Positions 31,233 through 57,156 of a DNA stretch of 64,000 nucleotides are shown one piece after another. The stretch is taken from NCBI RefSeq assembly GCF_009914755.1, contig NC_060944.1; one strand, written 5' to 3'. A model generated the notes under the pieces. The model had not been told where the DNA came from, searched no databases, and saw only the letters and a program-made list of their open reading frames with translations. This DNA comes from the human T2T-CHM13v2.0 reference genome, Homo sapiens. The position numbers and the translations under genes were made by a program. Every line of letters starts with the position of its first letter. Positions within the stretch are counted from its first letter, which is position 1.

Positions 31233-31945
31233 GCACTATAATTTACATGCACTTCTTAGAGATACTTAGTAAACATGCTTGCTATTTGCCAGATACTAGC
31301 CCAAGAGAGCTTTTAATTAGGGTACTAATAACAGTTAAGTGGCGTCTTAACATTTTAAGCCTAGAAGGGATCTCTAGCATTGTTTCCAGAACATAAAGAT
31401 GTTTATAGGCAACTAGAGTCAGTACATATTAAGTCCTTTGGCCAGGAGTTGAGATTAGAACCCAGATTTCCTGATGCTCATCCCAGGTTTATTCATTCTT
31501 TCATTAACTATATCTAACTTGGCTAGGCTTTTCCCACTCTGCTTCTGGCCCATGTCCTTCCAGTAGTGGCAACAGTGTCATCTATCATTTCTCATAAAGC
31601 TACCTTAACACCAAATGCTCAGACTTCTGTGGGGAACTACATCTATGTACACAATACCAGGCTGGATATTTTACATCTATTTTATGGTATTCCACAACAG
31701 CCCAACAGCACAGGTCCTGACATATATATTTTCCTAAGTCCTAACAAGAACTTAGGAAATGTTTGCTACACTGCTCAGGGCTCTTCTACCTTCAAGCATG
31801 AGCTCAAAAGATGGTAGGTATTATTATTTCATTTTATATGTGAAGAAAGTATTGCTTGGGGAAGTACAGTAACTAGCTTGAGGTAACCTGTAAATGGTAG
31901 TACCAGAATAAAAACCTAGTTCCAATTCTATGATCAGTTCATTAG

Positions 31946-32341
<396 letters not shown>

Positions 32342-33130
32342 TGACTGGGTAAGCAGGTTCTTACTCTGCTTCAACCACAGCAGCTGTGCTTTTCTGTTTT
32401 ATTTGAATAAAGGGTCCTGAAGCTGAAAAAATTGGAAAGCCACTAGTGCAGTGAAAAAAGCACTGAACTGGGAGTTAGAAGATCTGTGATACTAGTTTAT
32501 CGCTCCTTGACCCTGGGCAAATCACTTCCTTTATGTGAGTTCCACAGCTTCCTCTGCTTTAAATGACAGCCAACTCAATTCTAATATTCTGAGATTCAAT
32601 CTCAGAATATTGAGTTCAATCTCTGAAGAAGAAATTTCAGGATTACTAGAAAAGGAAGCAATTTATAACTCTCAAATTCTAAATACATAAAAACACATAT
32701 TCTCTCAGATACATCTTCAGATTCCACATAAGCACACAAGAACTCAATTCACAGATATTCTCTGCCTCAGAGAAAGTGGGAGTTGGAAAGCTACATTCTC
32801 CATTGTACTATTAAAATAATGAGGGTAGAAAATGTCTCACTTATTTCTATTTCCAACAGCACAGGTCATGTCACACAACAGGAAGTCAATAAATGTTTGC
32901 TGCATGGCTCAGTGTTCATCAACCTTTAAGCACGAGACCAAAAGATTGCAAAGATGCTTCATGCTGTGACCTCTAGCCTCCGGGAAGGACTCATGTCTAG
33001 CTTTCCTGATTCAGCAAATAGAGATGTTAAGTATGCCATGAACCCCCACCTATCTTGCAGGGCTCAAATGATCAAATAAGCCAAAAAAGGAAACTAGTAA
33101 AATGTCATACAATTGAGTGGGAGGTCTTAC

Positions 33131-33253
33131 CTGGACCACTTGCCATAGGAAATCCCGCCTCCATCCTAACTGAATTTCCAGCTCCCATGGGTCCATTCAT
33201 TCTCACATCTTGGCTTCGGTTCTGAGCCAAAGCCAGGTTAATAGCACCTTCCC
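33131..33253 (-). CDS. NCOA6: NCOA6 coding exon, 123 nt (GEGAINLALAQ...ASGP)
   Basis: ttttcag acceptor, CAG|GTAAGA donor; inside ORF 33105..33302. Confidence 0.96.
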
Positions 33254-33557
33254 CTGAAAATGAGTCAAGTGATAAAAAGGAAATCATTAGAATAAAATGC
33301 AAATTTTGTTTATAGACAGCTATATAAGTGCTTTAGTTTTCTGTGCTTTTGAAGAATTATGGTTAGTTTACCACCAGAAAAATGGTGGGTTCAATGTAGA
33401 TGGGTCTTTCTTCAACCCATCTAAGCAGGTTTCATGAAGCACAAGGAGATATAACCAATTCTTACTTGTAATAGGGAAGCAGGGTGACCATGAATGATGC
33501 TTAGTATCAACAGAGATCCTGGAACTCTGAATATTTATTTTCAACCATCTTACCAAT

Positions 33558-33587
33558 TGTGTGTGTGTGTGGGGTGTGTGTGTGTGT
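33558..33587. repeat. Interrupted (TG)n microsatellite
   Basis: Read directly. Confidence 0.9.
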
Positions 33588-33864
33588 AATGGAAGAAAAT
33601 GTTCTCAAAAACTCTCAAAATCCTAGACTTCCTTTTGGTAATTTATGATCAGAAGGTAGACACTAAATATAAGTAGGTTTAAAGAAGAAAGAACCTATAC
33701 TGGTGTGGGGACACTAACACTTGTGAACAAAATACCAATTCCATTCAATAACTGCAATATAAACATATTTCCAGCAGGAAAAAAATCATGCAATGAAGAG
33801 GAGATAGGTTGCTACAAATCTACTTTCTGAGACACCTAATGACAGGACCAATACTTTTATAGGT

Positions 33865-36101
<2,237 letters not shown>

Positions 36102-36269
36102 AATGTAAGAATTATTGAGATATTTTACATTCCTTTGGGGAATACCAAATCTTCAAAATGTAATATGTATTTTATACTTACAGCGCACGTCAGTTTTAAC
36201 TAGCCACATTTTCAGTGCCTAAAAGCAACATACAGTCTGTGGCTACCAATATTGGACTGCCCATATTTA

Positions 36270-36650
36270 GCCCTGTCTACCTCTTTAAACTCATCTCATG
36301 CTATTTTTCTCCTTCAATAGCAAGGATTCAGCCCCAGTGTTTCCTTTTAGTTTCTTAGGCACACAAGGCTGCTTCTCACCCCAAGGCCTTTGCTCATGCG
36401 GTTTCCTCTGCCTAGAACAGTTCTCTGCACTCTTCGCATAGCTAGCTTCTCAATTTTCATGTAATCTTAAGTGTCACATGCCCAAAAAGGCCTCTACCAA
36501 CCATCTTATCCAAGGTTAGGTAACTTTTATCAGAACATCTTGTTATTTCTGCAGAGCACATTCCATGTAATCATTCACTCACTCGTTTTCTTGCTTGCCT
36601 CCCCCATCACTATACAGGGTTAATTACAAGTCTGTCCTTGTTCCTTCACA
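36270..36650 (+). mobile_element. L2 fragment
   Basis: ggcctttgctcatgcggtttcctctgcctagaac. Confidence 0.65.
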
Positions 36651-36709
36651 TCTGTTGTTCCAGCATAATTAATAGCATTCTCTTTCACTTTCAGAAATGT
36701 CCTAATTTA

Positions 36710-36995
36710 GGCTAGGCATGGTGACTCACATTTGTTAATCCCAGCACTTTGGGAGGCCAAGGTGGGAGGATTGCTTCAGACCAGGAGTTCAAGACTAGCG
36801 ACATGGTGAGACCCCGTCTCTATAAAAAATTAGTCAGGTCCGTGGTGGCACGCACCTGTGGTCCTAGCTACTCAGGAGGCTGAGATGGGAGGATTGCTTA
36901 AGCCCAGGAGGCCGGGGCTACAGTGAGTTGTGTTTGTACCACTGCCCTCCAACCTAGGCAACACAGTGAGACTTTGTCTCAAAAAAAAAAAAAAA
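36710..36995 (+). mobile_element. AluJ-like
   Basis: TSD tgtcctaatttag. Confidence 0.92.
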
Positions 36996-37705
36996 GTGTC
37001 CTAATTTAGATGATAAATTATATGACTATCTATAATACATCATTTATACATAAAATAGTGCCTGGTACGTGGCAGATGCTCATTAGCTATTTATTAAATA
37101 TAATGGTCATCTTATAACCTTATAAAGAATTATAAGCATTTTTCTATATGACAAATTACTTCCTGGAAAACCTCACATTTATCAAATCTCATACTGACAA
37201 TAACAGGGTTAGGGCAAACTGAAAACCTGTGAGACTTTGTAACCAGAGCTCTAATAAAAACAATAACTGGTGGAGGCAAAATGCCAGAAAAAAATGCAGC
37301 AGAAATGCCTGGTTAAAGGTGCTGAGATAATGCACATGTAGTGGAGTTCTGAGCCAGCGGGGCTGCCATTATGGTGGGCACAGGAAGAAATGCAACCTGT
37401 CATGAACTGAGAGCCACACAAGGCTGGGGGATGCACGTCAGGAAGGCATACGAATATACACTCTCATTCTTAATTTTAATAGAGCTGAAAAGACTCCCAC
37501 ACATGCAACAGCTGAGTGAAAAGCTTTTTCTTGTTGATAATTATAATTCTATTTCTACTATTCCAGCTCCTCTTACCTAAGAAAAAAAATCACATATTAA
37601 TAAACAGAATTTCCACACTATACTGCTATCATTCCCCTATTTACCAACTGCATATATGCTAATTTGTGTCAAAGAGAACACTACCGGCTCCCAAACTTGC
37701 CAATT

Positions 37706-37927
37706 AGGGGTCCACAAACTACGTCCTGTGGGCCAAATGCAGCCCACTGCATGTTTATTTAAATAAAGTGTTACTGAAATCCTGCCATGTTTACTTGTTT
37801 ACATATCGCCTATGGCTGTTTTTGCCCTACAAGATGGAACTGAGTACTTGTTGAGTTGAGATCTTATGGCCTGCAAAGCCAAAAATATTTATTCTTGGCC
37901 CTTTACAGAAAAAGTTAGCAGACTACT
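37706..37927 (+). mobile_element. MER58-like DNA transposon
   Basis: Similar to 18955-19164. Confidence 0.75.
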
Positions 37928-38118
37928 CTTTAGATCACCATGAATTTACAGAGGGGGCACAAAATGTCCTCAAAAAAGATGTTTCCCCAATTCCCTGGCC
38001 AAAACTTAAAAAAGGAAGGGTACAGGAAGTATTTGTCAATGGAGAACGGACTGTTGGGAGAACCTGTCCCTCAAGCCTTGCAGCAGACACGATAGTGGCA
38101 ACATTGCTTCATTCCTTC

Positions 38119-38492
<374 letters not shown>

Positions 38493-39589
38493 AACATTCT
38501 TCTTACAACTTACAAAATCAACAGCCCAGTTCCACAAAAGCAATAGCTGCTGCCATCACTTTCACTCCTGCTGAATTCCCAGGAGCGTGGGAACAGAGAT
38601 CATCTGGGACACACATGTAGCCTAAAAGTTAAAGAACTCTTTCTGTATTGTGATAATCATTGTCATATGTGAATTTCATAATTTCTTAAAATATGTTATC
38701 TATTTGCTTCCTTGCTAGTACTCATGTTTAAATTTATGGCTATAATGTTAAGGGAGAACCAGCATTATATTGTTTTAGGAAGTAGGTCTGCTTAAGAAAT
38801 AAAACTGGTACTTCTTTCTCCAGTGAAAAACACTATCAATTAAGGTTTTGAAGCCTTTAAATAGGTAACAGAGACCAAAAAACATGTGGGGTTTTAAAGA
38901 AACCACTTATGTATTCCTTAAAGTATAAACAGCCCACATATTGTTATTTTATCCAATAGTTGTTCGACTTCCACTTTTCCTAATAGTTCATCCTACAGAT
39001 TGCTGTGAATTAATTGTACTTTTCTGGATCCTTTTAGATAGTTCCACATTTTTCAAATTAAAGTGGTATTGCTTAAGCCACTATTCTCTCATTTATCAAA
39101 TGGTGAAAATTATCCCATTTCTCAATCTACATATAACCCTTTCTAAATAATTTGTTTGTTGGTATTGCCCCTTTGAGGGCACAGCAACCTACAATGCTAG
39201 ACTGCATAAAATGTGTCTCACTCCTATAAACAAAATGACCTCGACTGCTCAGGTTTCATGGAGCAATTAGGTTCTACGTAAGCACAGGGCCAGGAGGACC
39301 TGGACTAAAGTGGAAGGGAAAGCTGGAATTGCTGGTTGTCACCTGGCTGTATCAACACAGGAGGGGAAGAGAGGGTTCTAGTTCACTGAGCTTCCAAAGA
39401 GCTCCCCCACACATGGTAGGTACTTACATCTCTCACAGGTTTGTCTTCCTTACTAAAGTCATAAGCTCTTCCGAGTTTATAACAATAAGGACAATATTTA
39501 TCATTGTATTCCAAATGCTAAAGCTTATAGTCTATGGGGATAAAACAATAATCAAATAATTGCTCTATGAAAGTGTGAGATAAATGATC

Positions 39590-40075
39590 TGAGGGAGAGA
39601 AACAAACTTTTGTGAGAGCACATAGCAAAGGACTCTGACTTGCCAAAGGAGTTCAGAAAATACATCCTCAAGATTTAAGCTGATACTTGAAGGCTGAGCA
39701 GGCATGAACTAGGGGAAGGGGGTTGGTAGGGAATAGTATTTCATTTAGAGAAGACATCAATGCAAAGGACCTGTGGCAGGAGGAAGAGAAAGCTGAGAAG
39801 CTGGAACACAGGGGGCAAGGGAGGAAAGTTACACAAGATAAGGCTGGATGAGGAAGGTAGAGGTGAGACCATGCAAAGCCTGAGGTCATGGTAAGGAGTT
39901 TGGTCTTCATTCTTTGAATAATACCAAGAGATAGCAGGATTTTAATCTAGGGGTGTAGGGTTATAGGGGTGTAGGTGTGTGTGTGTGTGTGTGTGTGTCT
40001 GTGCGTGCGTGCACGTGCTCATCAAATTCTCATTTTGAAAAAGATCATTCTGGTAAAAATACTGAAAATGAACAC
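39590..40075 (-). mobile_element. L2 fragment containing a (TG)n tract at about 39975-40016
   Basis: tgcaaaggacctgtggcagg, catggtaaggagtttggtcttcattct, aaagatcattctgg. Confidence 0.7.
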
Positions 40076-40078
40076 TGC

Positions 40079-40620
<542 letters not shown>

Positions 40621-40958
40621 CAATAACAAAGAAAACCACACAACTAAATAAATAAATAAGACAAATCAATTCCTGGTCAGGATGCCAATAAAATCAAAGT
40701 CTGAAAGACTGATGGTCAAAATTAGCCAAAGGAATGGAGTCCAAGGCTACAGATGCTAAAGACCATCAGGACCCAGCAATAACCTCAGTCAGTCCCTCTT
40801 CATCCTAAGGTGCTGCAAAGCAAAGTACAAGTTACATGAGTTGCTTGGCATTCTGAAACACAAGAGCAGAGGAACAGACAAAGCAGCACAGAAAATCATG
40901 CTATATTCTACTGTTGTAATGATTCTGGTCTAGATGGGCACATGGCAAAGTAAAAGAC

Positions 40959-41114
40959 CTTCAATCTGAACGGAGAGAATCCCTAAATCCCGAAGCTGCT
41001 GGTTGTTGCTCTGAGCAAGGATCCGTAGCCGCTCCGCTGCTTCCCGGGGGATGTTGAATGTCACACGCACGCTGTTCCAGGGCTCCACCTTCTGTACTTT
41101 TAGCTTGCTGGACT
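40959..41114 (-). CDS. NCOA6: NCOA6 coding exon, 156 nt ([20 protein letters not shown]...SVQIE)
   Basis: Translated by hand (absent from ORF track); acceptor caag at 41115-6, donor AAG|GTCTTT; frame continuous with neighbours. Confidence 0.95.
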
Positions 41115-41229
41115 CTTGATTGTGAAAGAAAAAGAATTATATTAATAATCTTTTAGCCACCAGAGGAGATGGAATTAAAAAACAAACCAAAAGAGCAAAA
41201 GAATAAGGTGGAGCACCAGCTTGGAATAG

Positions 41230-41440
41230 CTAACAGAGCATATGCTTTGGAGCTACAGACTCAAATCTAATCCTAGCTTTGCCACTTAGCACCTGGGTGA
41301 CCATGAACGAGCTATTTAACCTTTCTGAAACTTATCTTTTTCTTTTCTAAAACTATGAAAAAACTACTTCATATGATTTTTGGGTACAAATTAGATAATA
41401 TATGCAAAAAATCTAGCATAGTACCTGGCACACCACAGGC
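41230..41440 (+). mobile_element. MIR
   Basis: atcctagctttgccacttagc...ctatttaacctttctg...catagtacctggcaca. Confidence 0.7.
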
Positions 41441-41514
41441 AATGAATGGAAAGCCGTAAGATGGAGAAAGGACCATAAGAAAGAAGAGAGAGGTTAAGTT
41501 TAAATTAATAGAAT

Positions 41515-44185
<2,671 letters not shown>

Positions 44186-44975
44186 TTATTCAACAACCTC
44201 AGGCAAAACAATTTTCTCTTTTGTTATTAACTCAGCTAAACTGAAACTTCTGTATCCTTCATTCAGTTATACATTCTAATATTAAGATAATGGTCATTCA
44301 ACACCTGTGAAAAGAAGGAAAAAAGAGATAATGGTCATAGAGGAATATGCTTTCTCAAAATGAGAAATATCTAAGGATAGAGGAAAGTGCCTACATGTTG
44401 CCTAAAGCCCCTTCCAGCTCTTAAACCATTGTACATTGAATGTTAACTTTTCCAGACATGGAGTTCACTTGTTCTAATGTGGAAAAAAAAAACAGGGAAA
44501 ACTTGCTAAAAGGAATGAGATAACACAATCATAGGAATTTAGAAAAGATTAGACAATATTTAGTCCAAGACCATTTTACAGGAGAGGAAACCAAGGCCCA
44601 GAAAGGCTAAGTGATTTGCTCAGAAGCCTGTGGCTAACCAGTAGCATCAGAGATGACATTAAAACCCAGCTCTGATTCTCAGGGCAATTTCCTTTCCATT
44701 ACATGTAGGCCTCCAAACAGCAAAAGGCAGGAAGTTTGGGGATCCTGGTTCCACCAATCATAGACACTGCAGGACTTCTTCCCACTCTGAAGTATGTTGG
44801 AATCTTGTACATATTCTACACAAACATCAAATTTGCTTATGGTATTAACACTTGTAATATGCTTGCAGAAAAATCCATATTCATAACAGTTATATCTTAT
44901 CAAAATCTTTTTAAACTTCCATATTTGAGAGATTTGACTTAAAATATTTTTTGGACCAAGAATATAATCTGATAG

Positions 44976-45600
<625 letters not shown>

Positions 45601-46018
45601 TAGGTTTGGTAATTTATTTGAAAGCCATAAATAAATTGAATTAGCAATATGTAAACAACAGAAAAATGTGGTAATTAATGAAGAGCAATGAACAATTTCA
45701 GGCCCAGCAAGACCTTTATAATATATAACTATGATTATGGTTACAATGATGTTGATAACTACATGAAAAATTCTTAATTGTATGCTAAATAACGCATAAC
45801 TATGGAGAACCTTGTACAACACAGTGAAAAGCAGTTGAAAAAACAACAGCTTCCGTCCAGATAACAAATCTCAAAAGATAAAACCCCCAAGCCTTAAAAG
45901 AAAGCTAATTAGCTCTTGATCAATTTAGGATTTGTGATAAAAGGAATAAATCTAGGCTTTTCACTATGTCCGAAGGGATTAGATAATTGTGCTAACTAGA
46001 ATAGAGAACATCTAAATC

Positions 46019-46350
46019 AAGGTTCAAAACCACAAATGCCCGTAAGATATGGACAGGTAATCTAAATGTGTGAAGAAGCCAGATGGGAACTGTGGTGAAG
46101 TGGGGCTGCTCTCAGAAGCAGCTGCTACTTCGTACCATCTGGGAGAGAGGGAGAACTCAATGTTATCAGATCTTCCTATTTTTAAAGACAAATGTAAAAA
46201 TCCGGATTTTCATGCAATATAACTCAATTTTTAAAGCACTGGCAATGAAACTCAAACACTGAAAACAAACTAAATCTCAAACACTAACGTGGGCCAAATA
46301 ACAAATGCCTGCAGACTGGATCCAGCAAGCTGTTAGCTAGTGACTTCTGA
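46019..46350. mobile_element. hAT/Charlie-type (MER102-like) fragment
   Basis: acaaatgcc...caggtaatctaaatg start; gggccaaataac...gcagactggatccagc end. Confidence 0.45.
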
Positions 46351-46767
46351 CATAAAAGTTAAAGGAATAAATTTAAAGTATATTATAAGCAGATTCATGG
46401 AATAATAAGTTTTCTAAGCTTTAAGGGTCCTTAAAGATTCAGTTTAACCTTTTCAATTTACAGGTAAGGAAAATGAAAACCAGAGAGTTAAAAACAAATA
46501 AATTTGGGTCTTGAGAATTACTTTTATCCACTAGAGAAGATTATTCAACAATTACCATAATAAGCAACACTTTATGTTCAGTTCTTCTATGTACTTAAAA
46601 AGAAAGAAAACATGTATATTTTTAAAATCCTAAAATTCCACCTCTGTGCTTAAATTCAGCCTTTTGACCCAATTTAACAAGCTTGTTTTGTAAAACTCAA
46701 GATAACCATGGAAGGGCAAACATTTCAAAAACAGTAACAGGAAGAAAAAATAATTAAAGCAAATTAC

Positions 46768-47002
46768 CCATGTGTAACAAATTGGGCACGTTTTTCAATA
46801 TTGCATCTAATTTCCATTTGAAGTCTTTATCATCTATATTTCCTTTGAAGGCCACAAAAATTGTGGAATCCTCCAAAATACTATCACTTTTTGTGTCATC
46901 ATCTTCTAGTCCAGAGTCAAAATCCATCTCTGAGTCTTCCATTGTTGATGAACACAAGGAAGTATAGATGTCTTCTAAGTTTGGAAGGTCATCCAAAACC
47001 AT
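46768..47002 (-). CDS. NCOA6: NCOA6 first coding exon, MVLDDLPNLEDIY...PNLLHM (exon starts at 47051 with 49 nt UTR)
   Basis: Kozak accATGG at 47002; acceptor cttctcttttcag at 47052-3; donor G|GTAATT at 46767; recognised N-terminus of NCOA6. Confidence 0.97.
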
Positions 47003-47010
47003 GGTGAATA

Positions 47011-47025
47011 TTATTCCAGAAGCAT
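47011..47025 (-). promoter_or_regulatory. uORF4 MLLE*, ends 8 nt before the main ATG
   Basis: ATG CTT CTG GAA TAA; weak Kozak context. Confidence 0.6.
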
Positions 47026-47585
47026 ATGCCAAGAGGACAATAAGAAAACTTCTGAAAAGAGAAGATGCAAAAGAGCATTACAATGCATAGTTATGCATTC
47101 AACAATGTACAATTCATAGTTCTATGAAAATTATAATTTATTTAATAAGAAAATACTATAAAAATTAAGAAATTACAGAGAAGATAAGCTATTTTAATTA
47201 TGACATTCTAAAACAATTAGTTCTTACAGTTACCAAAAATAAAAATACACTAGTCTTAAATTTAACATTCTTTTTATTATGTTATATGCTACTTTTTTAT
47301 AAGCTAGAATGTCAGGAGAAGGGAAGAAAGGATCACAAGAAAATAAAACAAGTACATACTTTTTGAGAATTATAGGCCTTTGGTTGACCCCACAGAGCAA
47401 GGGGCTCCCCAAGACTCCCCCTACTTCTGTCTTGACAAAAGCTTAAAAGGAGCCAAGGTTTCTAAAGCCTTCTTCTTTCTCCAAACTACAAAGCACAACC
47501 AGACCTGACTAATAGCAACTGGATGATTACCTAAAATTCTGAAGTCTTTCATGAACCATTTTAAACAACTATTAAAGGGTTATTA

Positions 47586-50102
<2,517 letters not shown>

Positions 50103-50609
50103 GATACAACAGCAGTCAGAAAATCTCAAATTAATACCACTGCCCTTATTTGATTGCCATCTGCATTTTACAGATTTTTAATAAACTTTAGAGGTAATTA
50201 AACAAAACTAATGAAGATTTTTAGGGCTTAAAAGTTGCTGCTTAGCAGGAAAAATGATGACTGCCTAAAAAACTATGACTATTTAGCAGCTATTCCAAAG
50301 TTGGAACAACTGCAAGAAAACATCTTAAAATCTAAGAAACATTTTCCAAAAGAATCTTTAACCAGAAAGGAGACTAACTAAAAAGCCTGGACTTTGATAG
50401 TCTCCCTAAACAGGTCGTTGGTCATGACATGAGGACTATGTATCTAGATCTGGAAAATCTTCTACTGGCAGATACAGGAATTGTCAGTTTAACAATACTA
50501 TGGGCATTACACAGTACTTAAAAAAAAAAAAAAAACAGAGAGAAATTGAAAGTCAGTCTATGAAAAATTGCTGGCTTTCCCTCCAGAAAAAATAATTTTT
50601 AAAGAAACT

Positions 50610-51360
50610 TCTTTGGTTGGTAGGCTATTTATTACTGCCTCAATTTCAGAACTTGTTAATTGGTATACTCAGAGATTTAATTTTTTCCTGGTTCAGTCTT
50701 CCTGGTTCAGCTGAGAGTGTATGTGTCCAGGAATTTATCCATTTCTTCTAGATTTTCTAGTTTATGTACATAGAGGTGTTTATAGTATTCTCTGATGGTT
50801 GTTTGTATTTCTGTGGGGTCAGTGGTGATAGCCCCCTTATCATTTCTGATTGTGCTTATTTAATTCTTTTTTCTTCTTTATTAGACCTGCTAGCGATCTA
50901 TTATAGCTAGTGATCTATCAATTTTTTTCAAAAAACCAGCTTCTGGATTCACTGATTTTTTGAAGGGTTTTTCACATCTCTATCTCCTTCAGTTCAGCTC
51001 TATTCTTGGTTATTTCTTGATCTTTTGCTAGCTTTGGGGTTTATTTGCTCTTCATTTTCCAGTTCTTTTAGTTGAGATGTTAGGTTGTTAACTTGAGATC
51101 TCTCTAGCTTTTTGATGTGGGCATTTAGTGCTATAAATTTCCCACTTAACACTGTTTAACACTGTCCCAGAGATTCTGGTATGTTGTCTCTGTTCTCATT
51201 AGTTTCAAAGAACTTCTTCATTTCTGCCTTAATTTCATTACTTACCCAAAAGTCATTCACGAGCAGGTTGTTCAATTTCCATATAGTTGTGTGGTTATGA
51301 GTGAACTTCTTAATCTTGAGTTCTAATTTGATTGTGCTATGATCTGAGAGACTGTTATGA
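50610..51360 (-). mobile_element. L1PA-type ORF2 fragment, antisense
   Basis: ccaggaatttatccatttcttctagattttctagttt, the reverse of the ORF2 5' half. Confidence 0.9.
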
Positions 51361-51361
51361 C

Positions 51362-51794
51362 TAAATAGGATTCCCTATTTAATAAATGGTGCTGAAAGAA
51401 CTGGCTAGCCATATGCAGAAAATTGAAACTGGACCCCTTCCTTACGCCATCCTTACAAAAATTAACTCAAAATGGATTAAAGACTTAAATGTAAAACCCA
51501 AAACTAAAAAACTTCAGAAGAAAATCTAGGCAATACCATTCAGGACATGGGCATGGGCAAAGATTTCATGATAAAAACGCCAAAAGCAACTGCAACAAAA
51601 AAATTGAAAGTGGGATCTAATTAAAATAAAGAGCTTCTGCACAGCAAAAGAAACTATCATCGGAGTGAACAGACAACCTACAGAATGGGACAAAATTTTT
51701 GCAATCTACCCATCTGACAAAGGTCTAATATCCAGAGCCCACAAGAAACTTAAACAAATTTATGAAAAAAAAAAAACAACCCCATTAAAAAGTG
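51362..51794 (+). mobile_element. L1PA-type ORF2 3' fragment, sense
   Basis: ccctatttaataaatggtgctg...ctggaccccttcct; ORF 51665 [23 protein letters not shown]. Confidence 0.92.
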
Positions 51795-51883
51795 CGCTTT
51801 CAGGTCTCCCCTGCCTCCAATCTTATTGTCCTCCAATCTGTCTCCAGACAGCAGCCACAGGGATCTTTCTAAAACACAAAATA

Positions 51884-52183
<300 letters not shown>

Positions 52184-52286
52184 ATTAAAAGAGATCAATT
52201 TTGGAGATGGCTTAATAGGCCTAGGAAACAAGTTATTGAGGAAAAACCTCAAAACAAACTTTGCCATTTACAAATTAACCTGTATT

Positions 52287-53270
<984 letters not shown>

Positions 53271-53325
53271 TATTTAGGCTTAACTGAAGGACATATAGGT
53301 TTTAAAGTTGAAGATTAAGTAAACA

Positions 53326-55830
<2,505 letters not shown>

Positions 55831-57104
55831 TCAACCTGATGCATTTTTAACAACTCAGAACTCAGCCCACTCCATACAGAAAGTAGCACATTTAATTTCT
55901 TCTCGAAACATGCTTTTAGAAAAGTATTTTCCCTAGGTAATTTTTCTTGTATCTTTTTACTGCTTTAAAATGTCAATTGTGCACCCATCATGAGTATTCT
56001 CTAAGTAGGGAGCAGCAGTCTTTGTCAGTCAGATAAAGATTTACATAGAAGAGTAGCTGCTTGTGGCAACAGCTCTACAGTGCTTGCTTCCTTCTTTGTT
56101 CCTAATAGCACTCCTTCTTTCCTCCTAGGATCTGGGAGTGAAGGACTGGTCGTACCTCAATGCACTGCTCACCCTGGCAGAAATGACGGCCTTCTGCTCC
56201 TGGCACAAAGCTCTTAAGTCTCAGAATGAAAGAAAAAAAAACTTTCTAGATACAAAAACTACTTCTCAGTAACTTGCAAATGTCAGTGTCTTTAAGGAAA
56301 ACCAGCAATAAACTCTTAAATTACATTTAATGTAAACAATGACTGCTTGCCAGAGTAGTCACTTCAACAAACTGAGATAAAAATCTAAGGATGTTAGGGC
56401 ACCAAGGCACATACCCAAACCCCTGTCATAATACTGTACATGAAGGAAATTCTCAAAAGAAGAAGGAGAGAGGGCAGGGAGATGATGCAAAAATGTTCTA
56501 ATATTAGCAACTTCTCATGGGCTTATGAAGCACTTCTGAAGAGTCCCCTGTGCCAATTTAAACCCATTATGACATACCTCCCAGTGGGGGACTGCCAGGA
56601 TCTGTTATTGGAGTGCTATACAAAAGCTAGGAGGGAGGGAAATAGAAATTTCAAGATAAAAACAGTCTAATTTTTTCTGGGCTTTAGCTCACCTCAGATC
56701 TAAATACAGCATCAAACTAGAGTTATGTTGAGTTTGCAACTTTCAACATATATTTCTATTTTTAATCAAAGGTATTTATTTGAAGTACAATATCCTATTA
56801 TCATTTTAATCAACATAAATTCTAAAAATAAGTATTGTTTACTGGTCTTTCATTGTCTTCTACAGTGAAACCTAAGATTATCATTTATAAAAAAGATGAG
56901 AAACTACATAGTTTGTAGTAAAAACCCCATTTAAAAACAGAAGAATAGCATCTGTATTTTATTAAATGTCTCCAAGAATAATAAATGCATTCTACACAGT
57001 TTTTCCAAAAGAGAGACAGTATCAGAAAAAAAAAAAAAAGAATAAGCATTAAGTTGGCTTTATTAACTCTCTCGCATAAGGTTTCACTCACCAAAATCTC
57101 TTTC

Positions 57105-57131
57105 TTAATTTTTATCATTTATCCAGGTCAT
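57105..57131 (-). promoter_or_regulatory. uORF2 MTWINDKN*
   Basis: aagATGa to TAA within the 5'UTR exon. Confidence 0.6.
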
Positions 57132-57156
57132 CTTCTAAGTCCAAAGAAGCTGGCAT
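57115..57156 (-). promoter_or_regulatory. uORF1 MPASLDLEDDLDK*
   Basis: aaaATGc to TGA within the 5'UTR exon. Confidence 0.65.

Noticed and set aside
47003-47032. N-terminal extension MAYASGIIFT shown in the ORF track
   Set aside because: Starts at TTG, not ATG; the ATG at 47002 has a strong Kozak context; the frame is closed upstream by TG|A at the exon junction
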